Below, in pieces: positions 20,825-32,022 of a DNA stretch of 64,000 bases. Every line of letters begins with the position of its first letter. The stretch's first letter is position 1. The position numbers and the translations under genes are program-made. The notes beneath the pieces are model-generated. The model saw nothing but the letters and a program-made list of their open reading frames with translations, ran no database searches and was not told the origin of the DNA. Where the stretch lies: positions 864,001-928,000 of the forward strand of contig CBDBCF010000001.1 of assembly GCA_965202985.1 (NCBI GenBank), written 5' to 3'. Source of the stretch: Longimicrobiales bacterium. Lineage in GTDB: Bacteria; Gemmatimonadota; Gemmatimonadetes; Longimicrobiales; Gaopeijiaceae.

Positions 20825-21759
20825 GGCCCCGCTCCACCGTCGCCGAATCGGATCTCGTCCACGCGCGTCCGAGCCTGTCGAGCCAACCGGGCCGGGGCGG
20901 GCGGCTCCACCGTCCCCACCCGCCGGTAGGCGTCCACCGCGTCGGCGCAAAGGCCCATCTCGGCCAAGACCTCGCCCTGCTCGAAGTAGGCCTCGGCCAA
21001 GCGCGTCTTCGGCTCCCCCAGGTCGGCGACCGCGTCAAAGTAGCGGAGCGCCTCGTCCAGGTCGCCTTCGTCCTTCCGCTCCAGGGCCAGCTGCAACGAG
21101 CACCAGCCTTCGTTCCACTGCACGTCGGCGCGGCGGCGCGGGGCCAGCTCCCGAAAGCGCTCGTAGAACAGGAGCGCCCGCCCGCAGTCTTCGATCTTCT
21201 CGTGGGCCCGAGCCGTCTCCAGCACCAGCTCCGCGTCCTCTCGGTTCGACCCCAAGACCCGCATCAAGAGGGCCAGCGCCCGGGCGTCTTCGCCGATCGC
21301 GCCGTAGTGCCGAGCCAGGGGCAGGGCCAGCTCCTCCACCACCAAGCCGGGCTGAAAGGCCAAGGCGGCCTCCATGGCGTAGGCCGAGCCGTAGCTGTCG
21401 CCGTTGCCGTGAGCCGACTTGGCCAGAGCCACCAAGTCCGACACGGCCTGTCCGGCGTGCACCGCGTCTTCTCGGACCGCATCCTGGTAGAGCGCGCGGG
21501 CTTCTTCCAGCCGGCCCAAGATCGCGTACACGTGGGCGGCCCGAACCCTGCCCTCGGCCCCCGGCGCTTCGCGCAACGACAGCAGGTACTCGGCCAGCGC
21601 CTCCTCGTGGTCGCCCCGGGCGAAGGCCCGGTCGCCCCGGTGCAGGGCCGTCGCTTCGCCGGGGTCGGTGCGACATGCCGGGGCCGCGACCAGCGGGGCC
21701 GCAACCAGCCCGAAAACGAAGGCTCTGGGCGCTCTTCGCACTCGACCGGCTCTTCGCAC
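20818..21759 (-). CDS. Tetratricopeptide-repeat protein, probably exported or a lipoprotein
   Basis: Hydrophobic leader followed by Cys, then repeated TPR-like helices. Start estimated. Confidence 0.7.
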   Translation of the reverse strand: MRRAGRVRRAPRAFVFGLVAAPLVAAPACRTDPGEATALHRGDRAFARGDHEEALAEYLLSLREAPGAEGRVRAAHVYAILGRLEEARALYQDAVREDAVHAGQAVSDLVALAKSAHGNGDSYGSAYAMEAALAFQPGLVVEELALPLARHYGAIGEDARALALLMRVLGSNREDAELVLETARAHEKIEDCGRALLFYERFRELAPRRRADVQWNEGWCSLQLALERKDEGDLDEALRYFDAVADLGEPKTRLAEAYFEQGEVLAEMGLCADAVDAYRRVGTVEPPAPARLARQARTRVDEIRFGDGGAGPC

Positions 21760-21842
21760 TCGACCGATTGAAGACAGGGGTAACCGCCAAGGATCGGGGG
21801 GGACCGACGGCGGGGCGCCGCCGCCAAAGGGCAACGCTGAAT

Positions 21843-22787
21843 CTAACGACCTTCCCGCTCCAACAGGCCCCGATAGTAGGGGATCGTCTTCCGGAGCCCT
21901 TCTTGCAGGCTCACGACGGGTTCCCAGTCCAGCTCCCGGCGCGCCGCGCCGATGTCCGGGCATCGCCTCGATGGGTCGTCGACAGGAAGCGGCCCGTACT
22001 CCACGGAGACCGGAACGCCCGTCTCCCGGCCCACCACTTCGGCCAGCTCCCGAATCGTGATCTCGCTCGGATTGCCGATGTTGACCGGACGCGGGCCGCC
22101 CCTCCCGAAGAGGCGCACCAAGCCCTCGACCTGGTCGTCCACGTAGCAGAACGACCGGGTTTGGGAGCCGTCTCCGTAGACCGTCAGAGCTTCGCCGCGC
22201 AGAGCCCGAACGATGAAGTTGGACATGACCCTCCCGTCGCCGGGGCGCAGGCGCGGACCATAGGTGTTGAAGATCCGCGCAATGCGAACGTCCACGCCGT
22301 GGATGCGATGGTAGGCCGTGGTCATGGCCTCGGCGTAGCGCTTGGCTTCGTCGTACACGCCTCGGGGCCCGACGGGGTTGACGTTCCCCCAGTAGTCTTC
22401 GCGCTGCGGGTGAATTTGGGGGTCCCCGTAGACCTCCGACGTGGACGCCAGCAGGTAGCGCACGCCGTGGTGAAGGGCGATCCCAAGGGTGTTGTGGGTG
22501 CCCAGGCCGCCGACCTTCAGCGTCTGAATCGGCATCTCGATGTAGTCTTCGGGACTTGCCGGCGAGGCCAAGTGAAGCACTCCGTCCAGCTTCGACTCCA
22601 CAGTAAACGGCACGGACACGTCCTGCTCGATCAGCTGCAGACCGGGGTGTCCCTCCATATGGGCCAAGTTCTTGCGCGAACCCGTGACGAAGTTGTCCAC
22701 CCCCACTACCTCGTGGCCGTCGGCCAAGAAGCGATCCGTCAGGTGCGACCCGAGAAAGCCCGCGGCACCCGTGATCAACACTCGCAT
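21843..22787 (-). CDS. UDP-glucuronate decarboxylase-like NAD-dependent epimerase/dehydratase
   Basis: [35 protein letters not shown]. Confidence 0.9.
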   Translation of the reverse strand: MRVLITGAAGFLGSHLTDRFLADGHEVVGVDNFVTGSRKNLAHMEGHPGLQLIEQDVSVPFTVESKLDGVLHLASPASPEDYIEMPIQTLKVGGLGTHNTLGIALHHGVRYLLASTSEVYGDPQIHPQREDYWGNVNPVGPRGVYDEAKRYAEAMTTAYHRIHGVDVRIARIFNTYGPRLRPGDGRVMSNFIVRALRGEALTVYGDGSQTRSFCYVDDQVEGLVRLFGRGGPRPVNIGNPSEITIRELAEVVGRETGVPVSVEYGPLPVDDPSRRCPDIGAARRELDWEPVVSLQEGLRKTIPYYRGLLEREGR

Positions 22788-22804
22788 CGTGCCCTGCCTC
22801 CGAC

Positions 22805-24121
22805 CTACTCGGGCACGACCGGGCGGCGGCCCACCGAGTAGTACTCGAAGCCTCGCTTTCGCATCTTGCCCGGGTCGTAGAGGTTCCGGCCGTCGAAGAC
22901 GACCCGCTGTCGCATGAGCGATCCCATCCGGCGAAAGTCGGGATGCCGATACTGCCTCCACTCCGTGTGGATGCACAGGGCGTCGGCGCCCGACAGGACG
23001 TCGTAGTCGCGCCGTTCGTACTCGACCGCGCTTCCGAGCATGCGCCGAGCCGAATCCGTGGCTGCCGGGTCGTGGACCGAGACCTTGGCCCCTCGCGCCA
23101 GCAGGCCCTTGATGGTGACAAGGCTCGACGCCTCGCGCACATCGTCCGTGTTGGCCTTGAAGGCCAGTCCCCACACGCCGAAGACCTTGCCGCTCAAGTC
23201 GTCGCCGAACCGCTGCTCCGCCATCCGCAACAGCAGCGCCTGTTGCCGGTCGTTGAACTCGTCCACCGCACTCGGGATCGCGGGGTCCAGACCCGCCTCG
23301 CGCAGGGTGCGAACCAGCGCCTTCACGTCCTTGGAAAAACAGGACCCGCCGTATCCGACTCCCGGGAACAAGAAGTTGGCGCCGATGCGGGAGTCCGTGC
23401 CGATCCCCCGCCGCACGAGGTCCACGTCGGCACCGACCTTTTCGCACAAGTTCGCGATTAGGTTGACGAAGCTGAGGCGCGTGGCCAGCATCGCGTTGGC
23501 CGCGTACTTGGTGATCTCGGCGGAGATCGTGTCCATGACCACGATCTTGGCGCCGGTTCGAACGAACGGCGCATAAAGGTTCTTCATCAGTTCGGCGACC
23601 TCGGGGTCGTCCACGCCCAGCACGACGCGGTCCGGCTTGGTGAAGTCCTGGACCGCCGTGCCCTCACTCAGGAACTCAGGGTTGGAGCACACGTTCACCG
23701 CATGGCGGGTCTCGGCTTCGATCGCTCGTCGCACAAGCGCGTGGGTGCCCACGGGCATCGTGCTCTTCAAGGCCACGATCCGCTCGCCGTCGATGGCGCG
23801 CGCAACTTGGGCGGCCGCCTCCAGGACATGCCGCAGATCCGCGGACCCGTCCTCGCTGGACGGCGTCCCCACCGCGATGAAGATCAAGTAGGAACGGCGC
23901 ACGGCCTGGGTCACGTCGGTCGTGAACGACAAGCGCCCCGCCGCCGTGCTGCGCCGGACGATTGAGCCCAGCCCGGGCTCGAAGAAGGGCACTTCTCCTC
24001 GGGCCAAACCGGCGATCCTGTCCACCAGAACGTCGGCGCAGATCACTTGGTGACCCGTGTCGGCGAAGCAAGCGCCCACGGTCAGCCCCACGTAACCCGT
24101 GCCTACGACCGCGATCTTCAC
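22805..24121 (-). CDS. ugd: UDP-glucose 6-dehydrogenase
   Basis: GTGYVG, SNPEFL, KYAANA, GYGGSCF. Confidence 0.92.
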   Translation of the reverse strand: MKIAVVGTGYVGLTVGACFADTGHQVICADVLVDRIAGLARGEVPFFEPGLGSIVRRSTAAGRLSFTTDVTQAVRRSYLIFIAVGTPSSEDGSADLRHVLEAAAQVARAIDGERIVALKSTMPVGTHALVRRAIEAETRHAVNVCSNPEFLSEGTAVQDFTKPDRVVLGVDDPEVAELMKNLYAPFVRTGAKIVVMDTISAEITKYAANAMLATRLSFVNLIANLCEKVGADVDLVRRGIGTDSRIGANFLFPGVGYGGSCFSKDVKALVRTLREAGLDPAIPSAVDEFNDRQQALLLRMAEQRFGDDLSGKVFGVWGLAFKANTDDVREASSLVTIKGLLARGAKVSVHDPAATDSARRMLGSAVEYERRDYDVLSGADALCIHTEWRQYRHPDFRRMGSLMRQRVVFDGRNLYDPGKMRKRGFEYYSVGRRPVVPE

Positions 24122-25164
24122 GCCGCCCCCCTTGCCACCGTAGAAGCGCGAACGCCCGACGCCGCTCGCCGCCACCAGCGTCGGTTCTTGGCGTACCACG
24201 CGACCGTGTCCCGCAGGCCCGCTTCAAGCCCGATCGACGGCGTCCAGTCCAGTTCCCGCTCGGCCTTGGTCGCATCCACCGCGTAGCGCCGGTCGTGTCC
24301 GGGTCGGTCCCGGACGTGCTCGATCAGCGCCGGGTCGGCGCCGGTCGCCTCCACGATCCGTTGCACCATCCAGTGGTTCGTGCGCTCGGCCCCGCCTCCA
24401 AAGTTGTAGACGTGGCCTGCGCGCCCGCGTTCCAAGGCGGCGACGATGCCCCGGCAGTGGTCGTGCACGTGGACCCACTCCCGCACGTGAAGGCCGTCGC
24501 CGTAAAGCGGCAGCGTCTTGCCTTCCATGGCGCGCGTGATCATCAGGGGCACCAGCTTCTCAGGGAACTGGTACGGCCCGTAGTTGTTCGTGCATCGCGT
24601 CACGACTACGTCCAATCCGTGCGTCTCGTGATAGGCCAGGGCCAACAGGTCCGCCCCCGCCTTGCTCGCCGAGTACGGCGATCGGGGCGCCAAGGGCGTC
24701 TCTTCCGTGAACCGTTCGCCGGCTGCGGCGGCCGTCAAGTCCGTCTCGGCGTCGCGCTCGCCGGGGTCCGCCCAAGGGAGCGAGCCGTACACCTCGTCGG
24801 TGGAGACCTGCACGAACCGGCCCGCGCCCTTGTCGAGCGCGGCCGCAAGCAACGTCTGGGTTCCCATCACGTTGGTGCGCACGAACGGCGCGGCGCTGGC
24901 GATCGACCGGTCCACGTGGGATTCGGCCGCCGCGTTCACCACCGCAACGGCCCCCGACGCCAGCTCGCCCGCCAAGCCGCCGTCGCAGATGTCGCCATGG
25001 ACGAAGCGGTAGCGCGGATGGCCCTCCAGGTCGGCCACGTTCTCCCGGTTCCCGGCGTAGGTCAGCAGGTCCACGTTGACCACGTGGAAGCGCGTCTCCG
25101 CCAGAAGGAGCCGGATCAGATTGGAGCCGACGAAGCCGGCGCCCCCCGTGACCACAAGCTTCAT
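24118..25164 (-). CDS. rfbB: dTDP-glucose 4,6-dehydratase
   Basis: TGGAGFVGSN, AAESHVDRSI, STDEVYG, YSASK, RPGHDRRY. Confidence 0.95.
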   Translation of the reverse strand: MKLVVTGGAGFVGSNLIRLLLAETRFHVVNVDLLTYAGNRENVADLEGHPRYRFVHGDICDGGLAGELASGAVAVVNAAAESHVDRSIASAAPFVRTNVMGTQTLLAAALDKGAGRFVQVSTDEVYGSLPWADPGERDAETDLTAAAAGERFTEETPLAPRSPYSASKAGADLLALAYHETHGLDVVVTRCTNNYGPYQFPEKLVPLMITRAMEGKTLPLYGDGLHVREWVHVHDHCRGIVAALERGRAGHVYNFGGGAERTNHWMVQRIVEATGADPALIEHVRDRPGHDRRYAVDATKAERELDWTPSIGLEAGLRDTVAWYAKNRRWWRRAASGVRASTVARGAA

Positions 25165-25976
25165 CGACCGTCAGCCCCGCCGGTTCGCGCACCCCGCGCG
25201 ACCTCTTCCGCCGCCGCGTTTCCGCCGACCTCGTCGAGGCGCGTTCGCCGCAGAACGGGCGCGGCCGTCTCGGCCACCAAGCGCGTGGCGCGGTATAGAG
25301 ACGCGACGGTGCCCGCGTCGGTCCACCAGCCTTGCAGGACCCTGTGGGACAGCGTACCGGACCGAAGGTAGCGGTTGTTCACGTCGGTGATCTCCAGCTC
25401 CCCGCGTTCGGACTTATCCAGGGTCCGAATCACGTCGAAGACCTCTTGGTCGTAGAAGTAGCAACCGGTCACGGCCAAGCTCGAGGCCGGTTTCGCGGGC
25501 TTCTCCACGATTCGGGCCACGTGCCCGTCTTCCAGTTCGGCCACGCCGAAGCGCTGCGGGTCCGGCACGTCCTTGAGCAGGATCATGGCGCCGCCGCCTT
25601 GCCTCCGGTAGGCGTCCACGGCGGGGGCAATGGGGTCCTCGAAGATGTTGTCGCCCAGGATCACGACCAGCGGCCCGGATTCGGCGAAGTGCTCGGCCAA
25701 CCCCACGGCCTCGGCGATCCCGCCCTGCCCTTCCTGATAGGTGTAGTTCAAGTGCTCGAGCCCGAAGTTCTTGCCGTTGGCCAAGAGGCGCAGGAAGTCG
25801 CCCGCGTAGTTCCCGCCCGTGACCACCATGATGTCCCGCACTCCCGCGTGCACCAGCTGTTGCAGCGGGTAGTAGATCATCGGCCGATCGTACACCGGCA
25901 GAAGGTGCTTGTTGGTGACTTGCGTCATGGGCTGAAGTCGCTTGCCCAGGCCGCCGGCCAGGATCACGCCCTTCAC
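25161..25976 (-). CDS. Glucose-1-phosphate thymidylyltransferase-like sugar-phosphate nucleotidyltransferase
   Basis: GVILAGGLG.RL, NKHLLPVYD, LGDNIF, RGELEITD. Confidence 0.9.
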   Translation of the reverse strand: MKGVILAGGLGKRLQPMTQVTNKHLLPVYDRPMIYYPLQQLVHAGVRDIMVVTGGNYAGDFLRLLANGKNFGLEHLNYTYQEGQGGIAEAVGLAEHFAESGPLVVILGDNIFEDPIAPAVDAYRRQGGGAMILLKDVPDPQRFGVAELEDGHVARIVEKPAKPASSLAVTGCYFYDQEVFDVIRTLDKSERGELEITDVNNRYLRSGTLSHRVLQGWWTDAGTVASLYRATRLVAETAAPVLRRTRLDEVGGNAAAEEVARGARTGGADGR

Positions 25977-26848
25977 CGCGCGCTCCCACGGCGACCGAGA
26001 GCTTCCAAGTGCTCGCTCAGCGAGTCGCGCCAACAGGGAAGCGCCCGCCCCAGGGCCGCCTCCGCATCCGAGGCGTCCAGCACGGAGCTGCGCGGCCGGG
26101 GCGCCGGGGCGCCGTACTCCTTCGTGGTCACGGGCTCCACGCGCGACTTGGCCGACCCGCCCAGGCGAAGCGCCTCGCAGGCCAGCTCCCGCCATGTGGC
26201 CCGCCCGCCGCCCGCCAAGTGGAAGACGCCCTCGCGGCCCGACCACGCCAAGTCCAGCAACGCCGGGGCCAACTCCATCGTCCACGTGGGGCTGCCCACT
26301 TGGTCGTGCACGACGCGAATCGGCGCAGTCCTGCGCGACCGCGCTATCACGGCGTCCACGAAATCGCGACCCCCGGGCCCGAACAGCCAGCTCGTGCGCA
26401 CGATCAGGAAACGGGCGCCCGACCGCTGGACGGCGTGTTCTCCGGCCAGCTTGGAGCGCCCGTAGACGTTCAGCGGTCCCGTGGGGTCGCCGGGCCGGTA
26501 CGGCACCTCGGCGTCTCCCGAGAAGACGTAGTCGGTCGATGGGTAGACCACGAGCGCCCCGACGACGGCGGCGGCACTCGCCACGTTCGCGGTTCCGGCC
26601 TCGTTGACGGCAAAGGCTGCGGACTCGTCGGATTCGGCCCGGTCCACGGCCGTGTAGGCGGCGCAGTGCAAGACGACCGTCGGCTGCGCGGCAACCACCG
26701 CCCGGCGCACGTCCGCGGCCCGGGTCACGTCCAGCTCCCCGCGCTCCACGGCGGTCGTCGGGACGCCGCGCCGGCGCAGCTCCCGCACCAGTGCATAGGC
26801 CAGCAGGCCACCGGCCCCGGTCACGAGGGCGCTCCCCCGGCCCGTCAG
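25973..26848 (-). CDS. rfbD: dTDP-4-dehydrorhamnose reductase
   Basis: TGAGGLL, CAAYTAVDRAE, STDYVF, YGRSK. Start uncertain (CTG 26848 or GTG 26923). Confidence 0.9.
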   Translation of the reverse strand: MTGRGSALVTGAGGLLAYALVRELRRRGVPTTAVERGELDVTRAADVRRAVVAAQPTVVLHCAAYTAVDRAESDESAAFAVNEAGTANVASAAAVVGALVVYPSTDYVFSGDAEVPYRPGDPTGPLNVYGRSKLAGEHAVQRSGARFLIVRTSWLFGPGGRDFVDAVIARSRRTAPIRVVHDQVGSPTWTMELAPALLDLAWSGREGVFHLAGGGRATWRELACEALRLGGSAKSRVEPVTTKEYGAPAPRPRSSVLDASDAEAALGRALPCWRDSLSEHLEALGRRGSAR

Positions 26849-28311
26849 CCGCTCCGCGAGCCCGCGGCCCCCGGTCGAAGCGCCGGCGGCGCCGACCGAG
26901 CGTCCCCGTCCCTGACGATCCACCGTTCGGGATGCGAAGGCGGCACCGTCCCGGCCGTGGCGTTTCGGGCGTCCACCAGCACCGACGAACAGCGGCATAT
27001 CCGCTCGTAGTCGAAGCAGGAGTGGTCGGTCACGATCACGACCGCATCCGCCCGTTCCATGACCGAGCTGGACAGGGGAACCGACGACATCAGGTCCCCG
27101 CGTCGGGTGCGCCACTGGGGAACGTGGGGGTCGTGGTACTCGACCTGGGCGCCGTCCTGTTCCAGTAGATCGATGATCTCCAACGCCGGCGACTCGCGCA
27201 CGTCGCCCACGTTCTTCTTGTACGCAACGCCCAGGACCAGGATCCGCGAACCGTTCACCGGCTTCCGCGCGCCGTTCAGCGCCTGCCGAACCTTGCCGGC
27301 CACGAACTGGGGCATCTCGGCGTTGATCTCCGACGCCAGTTCGATGAACCGCGCCCGGTAGTTGAGAGTTCGCATCTTCCACGCCAGGTAATGGGGGTCC
27401 ACCGGCAGGCAGTGCCCGCCGATCCCCGGACCCGGCGTGAACTTCATGAACCCGAACGGCTTGGTCGCCGCCGCCTCGACGACTTCCCAGATGTCCAGGC
27501 CCAGGCGGTCGGCGATGATCGCCATTTCGTTGGCCAGCCCGATGTTCACCGCCCGAAACGAGTTCTCGAGGATCTTGGTCAGCTCGGCCGCCTCCGCCGA
27601 CGACACGGGAACGACCGTCTTCACCAAGCGGGAGTAGAACGCCGTCCCGGCCCGCCTGCACGCCGGCGTGATGCCGCCGATCACCTTGGGGATGTCCCGG
27701 GTCTTCCAGTGCTGGTTGGCCGGGTCGACCCTCTCCGGAGAGAAGCACAGGAAAAAGTCCCGGCCCGGCTCGAGGCCGCTCCGCCGCATGATCGGCAACA
27801 CCACGTCGCGGGTCGTTCCCGGATAGGTCGTCGACTCCAACACGACGAGCTGACCGGGGGAGATGCAGGCGCCGACCGCCTCGGCGGCGGCCAAGATGTA
27901 CGAGATGTCCGGGTCCCGCGTCTTGGACAACGGCGTGGGCACGCAAATCGAGACGGCGTCGCAGTCCTTGAGGGCCGTCATGTCGACCGTAGCTCGAAGC
28001 TCGCCGATCTGCCGGGCCTCGGCGATCTCCCCGTCGCTCACGTCCGCGATGTGGCTGTGGCCCGCGTCGACGGCGCCCGCCACGGCCGGGTCCACGTCGA
28101 AGCCCGCGACCCGCATGCCACGCTTGGCGGCCTCGACCGCCAGGGGCAAGCCCACGTACCCCAAGCCCACCACGCCGAAGGAGACGTCGCCCGATCTCAG
28201 TCGGGCAATGCTCGCCTCGATGGGAGCTGCGGCCGGCCGCGCCACGGGCCGGCGGGGGTCAGGAAGAGGGTTCGGCGCCGGGCTCGCCGGCAGGCTCGGC
28301 AGCTTCGACAT
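26845..28311 (-). CDS. Nucleotide-sugar dehydrogenase (UDP-GlcNAc/ManNAc 6-dehydrogenase family)
   Basis: GLGYVGLPLA, ESTTYPGTT, SPERVDP, GGHCLPVDP. Confidence 0.92.
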   Translation of the reverse strand: MSKLPSLPASPAPNPLPDPRRPVARPAAAPIEASIARLRSGDVSFGVVGLGYVGLPLAVEAAKRGMRVAGFDVDPAVAGAVDAGHSHIADVSDGEIAEARQIGELRATVDMTALKDCDAVSICVPTPLSKTRDPDISYILAAAEAVGACISPGQLVVLESTTYPGTTRDVVLPIMRRSGLEPGRDFFLCFSPERVDPANQHWKTRDIPKVIGGITPACRRAGTAFYSRLVKTVVPVSSAEAAELTKILENSFRAVNIGLANEMAIIADRLGLDIWEVVEAAATKPFGFMKFTPGPGIGGHCLPVDPHYLAWKMRTLNYRARFIELASEINAEMPQFVAGKVRQALNGARKPVNGSRILVLGVAYKKNVGDVRESPALEIIDLLEQDGAQVEYHDPHVPQWRTRRGDLMSSVPLSSSVMERADAVVIVTDHSCFDYERICRCSSVLVDARNATAGTVPPSHPERWIVRDGDARSAPPALRPGAAGSRSG

Positions 28312-28852
28312 CGGCAATGAAGGATATCTCCATGAAGTTCTCTGCGAACTCCGCCTGGAACCGATCCGTCTCGCCGTTCGTGAAGGCGCCCGCCGCCTCC
28401 CACGCGTCGAGAACCGAATCCGACATGGCCAGCACCGTGCCCGTGACGTCGACCGTCGATCCGGCGACGGCAGCCACCGAGTCGGCCAACAAGTCGCTCG
28501 ACAGGTGGATCAGGTACGGCGTGTTCTGCGCGTCGGCCAAGTTCGTCCAGAAGGCGTGCGCGCCGAGCAGGGTCGTGACGGGGATGTTGCGCAGGGAGAC
28601 CTCTTGCCCGACGTAGCTCTCCGTCGCGACCGAGAACTCCGTCAGGGCGACTTCGTTGGCCATCGGCTCCTCTTCGGACGCAGCCACGGCCACTTCGGTC
28701 GGCACGGCTCTGACGGACAACCAGTAGAGGAAGCCCGCGATGGCCAAGAAGCTCAGCAACATCAGGGGAACGCCGCGGTTGACGGCGCCCGCCTGGGCCC
28801 GGGGGTTGGAGATCGTTCCCATCTGCTCTTTCCTCGTCTTGTTGGAATCCAT
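28259..28852 (-). CDS. Hypothetical membrane-anchored protein
   Basis: Single N-terminal hydrophobic helix and acidic body. Fits between rplQ and the sugar cluster. Confidence 0.7.
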   Translation of the reverse strand: MDSNKTRKEQMGTISNPRAQAGAVNRGVPLMLLSFLAIAGFLYWLSVRAVPTEVAVAASEEEPMANEVALTEFSVATESYVGQEVSLRNIPVTTLLGAHAFWTNLADAQNTPYLIHLSSDLLADSVAAVAGSTVDVTGTVLAMSDSVLDAWEAAGAFTNGETDRFQAEFAENFMEISFIADVEAAEPAGEPGAEPSS

Positions 28853-28881
28853 TTTGTCGTGATTGCGGAAGCGGCGGGAGC

Positions 28882-29235
28882 TTACTGCACCAACTCGATC
28901 AGCGCCATGTCCGCCGCGTCTCCCCTGCGGTTTCCCAGCTTCAAGATGCGCGTGTAGCCGCCCGGACGCTCGGCGTAGCGGGGACCGATCTCGTCGAAGA
29001 GCTTGGCCAGCACCTCTCGCTCGGCGATCCGTCGCGCCGCCAGCCGTCGAGCGTGCAGGTCGCCCCGCCTGGCAAGCGTGATCAGCCGCTCGGCGTAGGG
29101 GCGGAGCTCCTTGGCCCGCGCCGTGGTCGTGGTGATGCGCTCGTGGCGGAACAAGGCCGCCGCCAAGTTCCGAAGCACCGCCTTCCGGTGGCTGGGCGAG
29201 CGCGACAGGCCCCGGCCCTTCTTCCTATGACGCAT
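28882..29235 (-). CDS. rplQ: 50S ribosomal protein L17
   Basis: [18 protein letters not shown]. Confidence 0.97.
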   Translation of the reverse strand: MRHRKKGRGLSRSPSHRKAVLRNLAAALFRHERITTTTARAKELRPYAERLITLARRGDLHARRLAARRIAEREVLAKLFDEIGPRYAERPGGYTRILKLGNRRGDAADMALIELVQ

Positions 29236-30370
29236 CGGAACCCCCCTCGGAGGCCGTTGCCGCCGCAACCGCTTCCTCGCCTTCCCCCCCGTCCGCGTCG
29301 TTCGTCGTCGACTCTTCGGCGTCCCCCGACCCCGGGTCGGTCCATCCGTCCGCCTCGGGGCGGTCGACGTACAGCCCGTCTTTGCGCTTCTCGATCTTCG
29401 TGCCCAGACGAAGCCCATGCTCGCGCAGGAAATCGATCAGCTCGTCCATCGACTTTCGACCGAAGTTCTGCGCTTCCAGCAGTTCGTCTTCGGTGAAGGA
29501 GACCAGGTCGCGCAACGTCTCGACCTCCTTCGAGATCAGGATGTTGCGCGAGCGGGCGCTCAGCTCGATCAGGTCCGTTACCGGGGTCTCCAGCAGCTCC
29601 GCGATCTTTTGCGGCACGCGCGTGGGCCCGTGCAGCGCGGCTTCGGACGCCGGAGGACCGCCCTGGCTGAAGTCCAGCATGTAGCTCAAGTGCTTGCGGA
29701 CCAGTTCCGCCGCGTACCGAACGGCGCTCTCCGGATCGACCGAGCCGTTGGTCTCGACGCGAAGCGTCAGGCGGTCGAAGTCGGTGCGCTGGCCCACCCG
29801 CGTTTCCTCGACGGTGAAGTTGGCTCGAAGCACGGGGTTGTAGATGGCGTCGATCCTCACCAAGTCCACCGTGGCGTTGTCCGGAAGCTCGTGTTGATCG
29901 GCAAGCTTGAACCCTCGGCCCTTGTTCACGAAGAACTCGGCGTTGAGCTCCCGGTCCTCCTGGAGCGTCAGGATGTGATGGTCGGGATCCAGCAACGTCG
30001 CCCATCCCGGGGCTTTGACTTGGGCAGCCGTCACCGGCCCGGCCTTCGTGGCCTTCACGGAAAGCGTGGCCTCGTCGGCATCCTCGTCCAAGACGACGAC
30101 CATCGACTTCAGGTTCTGGATGACTTGGTGCACGTCTTCCACCACGGACGACACGGTCTGGTGCTCGTGGACGACGCCGTCGATCCGGAAGCCCCATATC
30201 GCCGAGCCCCTCAACGACGACAGGAGCACGCGGCGGACCGAGTTGCCCAAAGTGTGGCCGTAGCCGCGCTCCAAGGGCTCCATGACGAACCCGGCGGACC
30301 TTTCGTCCTCCGAGACGTGCGCGACCTCGATGCGCTCCGGCAGCACCAAGTCGGTCAGATCTATTTCCAC
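29225..30370 (-). CDS. rpoA: RNA polymerase alpha subunit
   Basis: [28 protein letters not shown]. Confidence 0.98.
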   Translation of the reverse strand: MEIDLTDLVLPERIEVAHVSEDERSAGFVMEPLERGYGHTLGNSVRRVLLSSLRGSAIWGFRIDGVVHEHQTVSSVVEDVHQVIQNLKSMVVVLDEDADEATLSVKATKAGPVTAAQVKAPGWATLLDPDHHILTLQEDRELNAEFFVNKGRGFKLADQHELPDNATVDLVRIDAIYNPVLRANFTVEETRVGQRTDFDRLTLRVETNGSVDPESAVRYAAELVRKHLSYMLDFSQGGPPASEAALHGPTRVPQKIAELLETPVTDLIELSARSRNILISKEVETLRDLVSFTEDELLEAQNFGRKSMDELIDFLREHGLRLGTKIEKRKDGLYVDRPEADGWTDPGSGDAEESTTNDADGGEGEEAVAAATASEGGSDAS

Positions 30371-30383
30371 GTTCGTTCTCCGG

Positions 30384-31019
30384 TCACTTCGAGTAGAGTT
30401 CGACGATGAGCTGTTCCTGGGCGGCCAGCGGGATCTCTCCTCGGGTCGGCTCCCTGACGACCCGGCCTATGCGCTTTTCTTCGTCCAGCGCCAGCCAGTC
30501 CAACAGCCGGGGCCGCGTGCGCGCGCCGAGGCTGGCCGCCACCAAGTCCAACTCGCGAGAGCGTTCCCGCAACGCGACCTCGTCCCCCGCCGACAGCCGG
30601 TAGCTGGGGATGTCCACGATCCGGTCGTTGACTCGAACGTGGCGGTGCCGCACCAGCTGACGAGCTTGCCGCCGGCTGGCCGCCAATCCCATCCGAAAGA
30701 CCACGTTGTCCAGCCGGACCTCCAACGCCACGATCAGGTTCTCGCCCGTGACGCCGGGGCGGCCCGCAGCGTACTCGAACAGGCTGCGGAACTGCTTCTC
30801 GTGAAGGCCGTACACGCGCTTGACCTTCTGCTTCTCCCGAAGCTGGACCGCGTAGTCGGACTGCTTGCGTCGGCGCGCCGCGGCAGGGCCGTGCTGCCCC
30901 GGCGGGTACTTGCGACGCTCGACGGGACACTTCTCTGTGTAGCACTTGGCACCCTTCAGGAAGAGCTTGTCGCCCTCCCTGCGGCACAACTTGCAGACGG
31001 GACCGGCATAGCGAGCCAT
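30384..31019 (-). CDS. rpsD: 30S ribosomal protein S4
   Basis: MARYAGPVCKLCRR, RLDNVVFR, IVELYSK. Confidence 0.98.
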   Translation of the reverse strand: MARYAGPVCKLCRREGDKLFLKGAKCYTEKCPVERRKYPPGQHGPAAARRRKQSDYAVQLREKQKVKRVYGLHEKQFRSLFEYAAGRPGVTGENLIVALEVRLDNVVFRMGLAASRRQARQLVRHRHVRVNDRIVDIPSYRLSAGDEVALRERSRELDLVAASLGARTRPRLLDWLALDEEKRIGRVVREPTRGEIPLAAQEQLIVELYSK

Positions 31020-31022
31020 GAC

Positions 31023-31415
31023 CTAGACCCTCCGCTTCTTTGGCGGACGACACCCGTTGTGCGGAAGGGGCGTCACGTCGTGGATGGAGCTGACCTGGAG
31101 ACCCGCGGTCGCCAGGGCTTGAATGGCCGACTCGCGGCCCGATCCGGGTCCCCGAACCCTCACCAAGACCCTTCGGACGCCCATGGCCGCGGCCTCGCGA
31201 CCCGCCTTCTCGGCCGCCATCGTGGCGGCGAACGGTGTGGACTTCTTGGAGCCCTTGAAGCCGGCGGTTCCGGCCGACGCCCACGCCAGCACGTTGCCGG
31301 CGTTGTCGGCGATCGTCACCAGCGTGTTGTTGAACGTCGCCTTGATGTGCGCCACGCCCTCGGCCTCGACGGTCTTCTTGGTCTTCTTCGTTCGGGTCTT
31401 CTTGGGTTTCGCCAA
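31023..31415 (-). CDS. rpsK: 30S ribosomal protein S11
   Basis: [19 protein letters not shown]. Confidence 0.98.
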   Translation of the reverse strand: MAKPKKTRTKKTKKTVEAEGVAHIKATFNNTLVTIADNAGNVLAWASAGTAGFKGSKKSTPFAATMAAEKAGREAAAMGVRRVLVRVRGPGSGRESAIQALATAGLQVSSIHDVTPLPHNGCRPPKKRRV

Positions 31416-31460
31416 GCGGTGCCTTCCTTGATGGGGCTGCCTCGCCTTCGGAGACGGCCT

Positions 31461-31841
31461 CTACTTCTTGGGAGCCTTCTTCTTGCCAGCGATGGCCCTG
31501 CGGGGGCCCTTCTTGGTGCGGGCGTTGGTGTGCGTGCGCTGGCCCCGCACGGGCAGTCCCCGCCGATGACGAAGCCCCCGGTAGCACCCGATGTCCATGA
31601 GTCGCTTGATGTTCATCGAGACTTCGGTTCGGAGAGCGCCCTCCACCTTGTGGTTCTGCTCGATCTCGCGGCGAAGACGGCTCGCGTGCTCGTCGGTCAG
31701 CTCGTGCGTCCTCAGGTTCGGGTCGATCCCCGTGGCGTCCAGTATCCGACGGGCGCGAGCCCGCCCGACCCCGTACACATAGGTCAGGGCCACTTCCACC
31801 CGCTTGCCCCGGGGAAGGTCCACCCCTGCGATTCGTGCCAT
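31461..31841 (-). CDS. rpsM: 30S ribosomal protein S13
   Basis: [24 protein letters not shown]. Confidence 0.98.
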   Translation of the reverse strand: MARIAGVDLPRGKRVEVALTYVYGVGRARARRILDATGIDPNLRTHELTDEHASRLRREIEQNHKVEGALRTEVSMNIKRLMDIGCYRGLRHRRGLPVRGQRTHTNARTKKGPRRAIAGKKKAPKK

Positions 31842-31846
31842 CTGCC

Positions 31847-31963
31847 CTAACCCTGCCGCTGCTTGTGGCGCGGATTTCGGCTGCAGATGATCCGCACGAC
31901 GCCCTTGCGGCGCACCACGCGACAGTACTCGCACATGGGCTTCACGCTGGTTCGCACCTTCAT
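31847..31963 (-). CDS. rpmJ: 50S ribosomal protein L36
   Basis: [14 protein letters not shown]...HKQRQG. Confidence 0.97.
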   Translation of the reverse strand: MKVRTSVKPMCEYCRVVRRKGVVRIICSRNPRHKQRQG

Positions 31964-32022
31964 GGCCGGAGCCTCCTGTTTTTCGTTCGCTGCGTAGCTT
32001 GAAAAGATAACGTCTGAACGCC

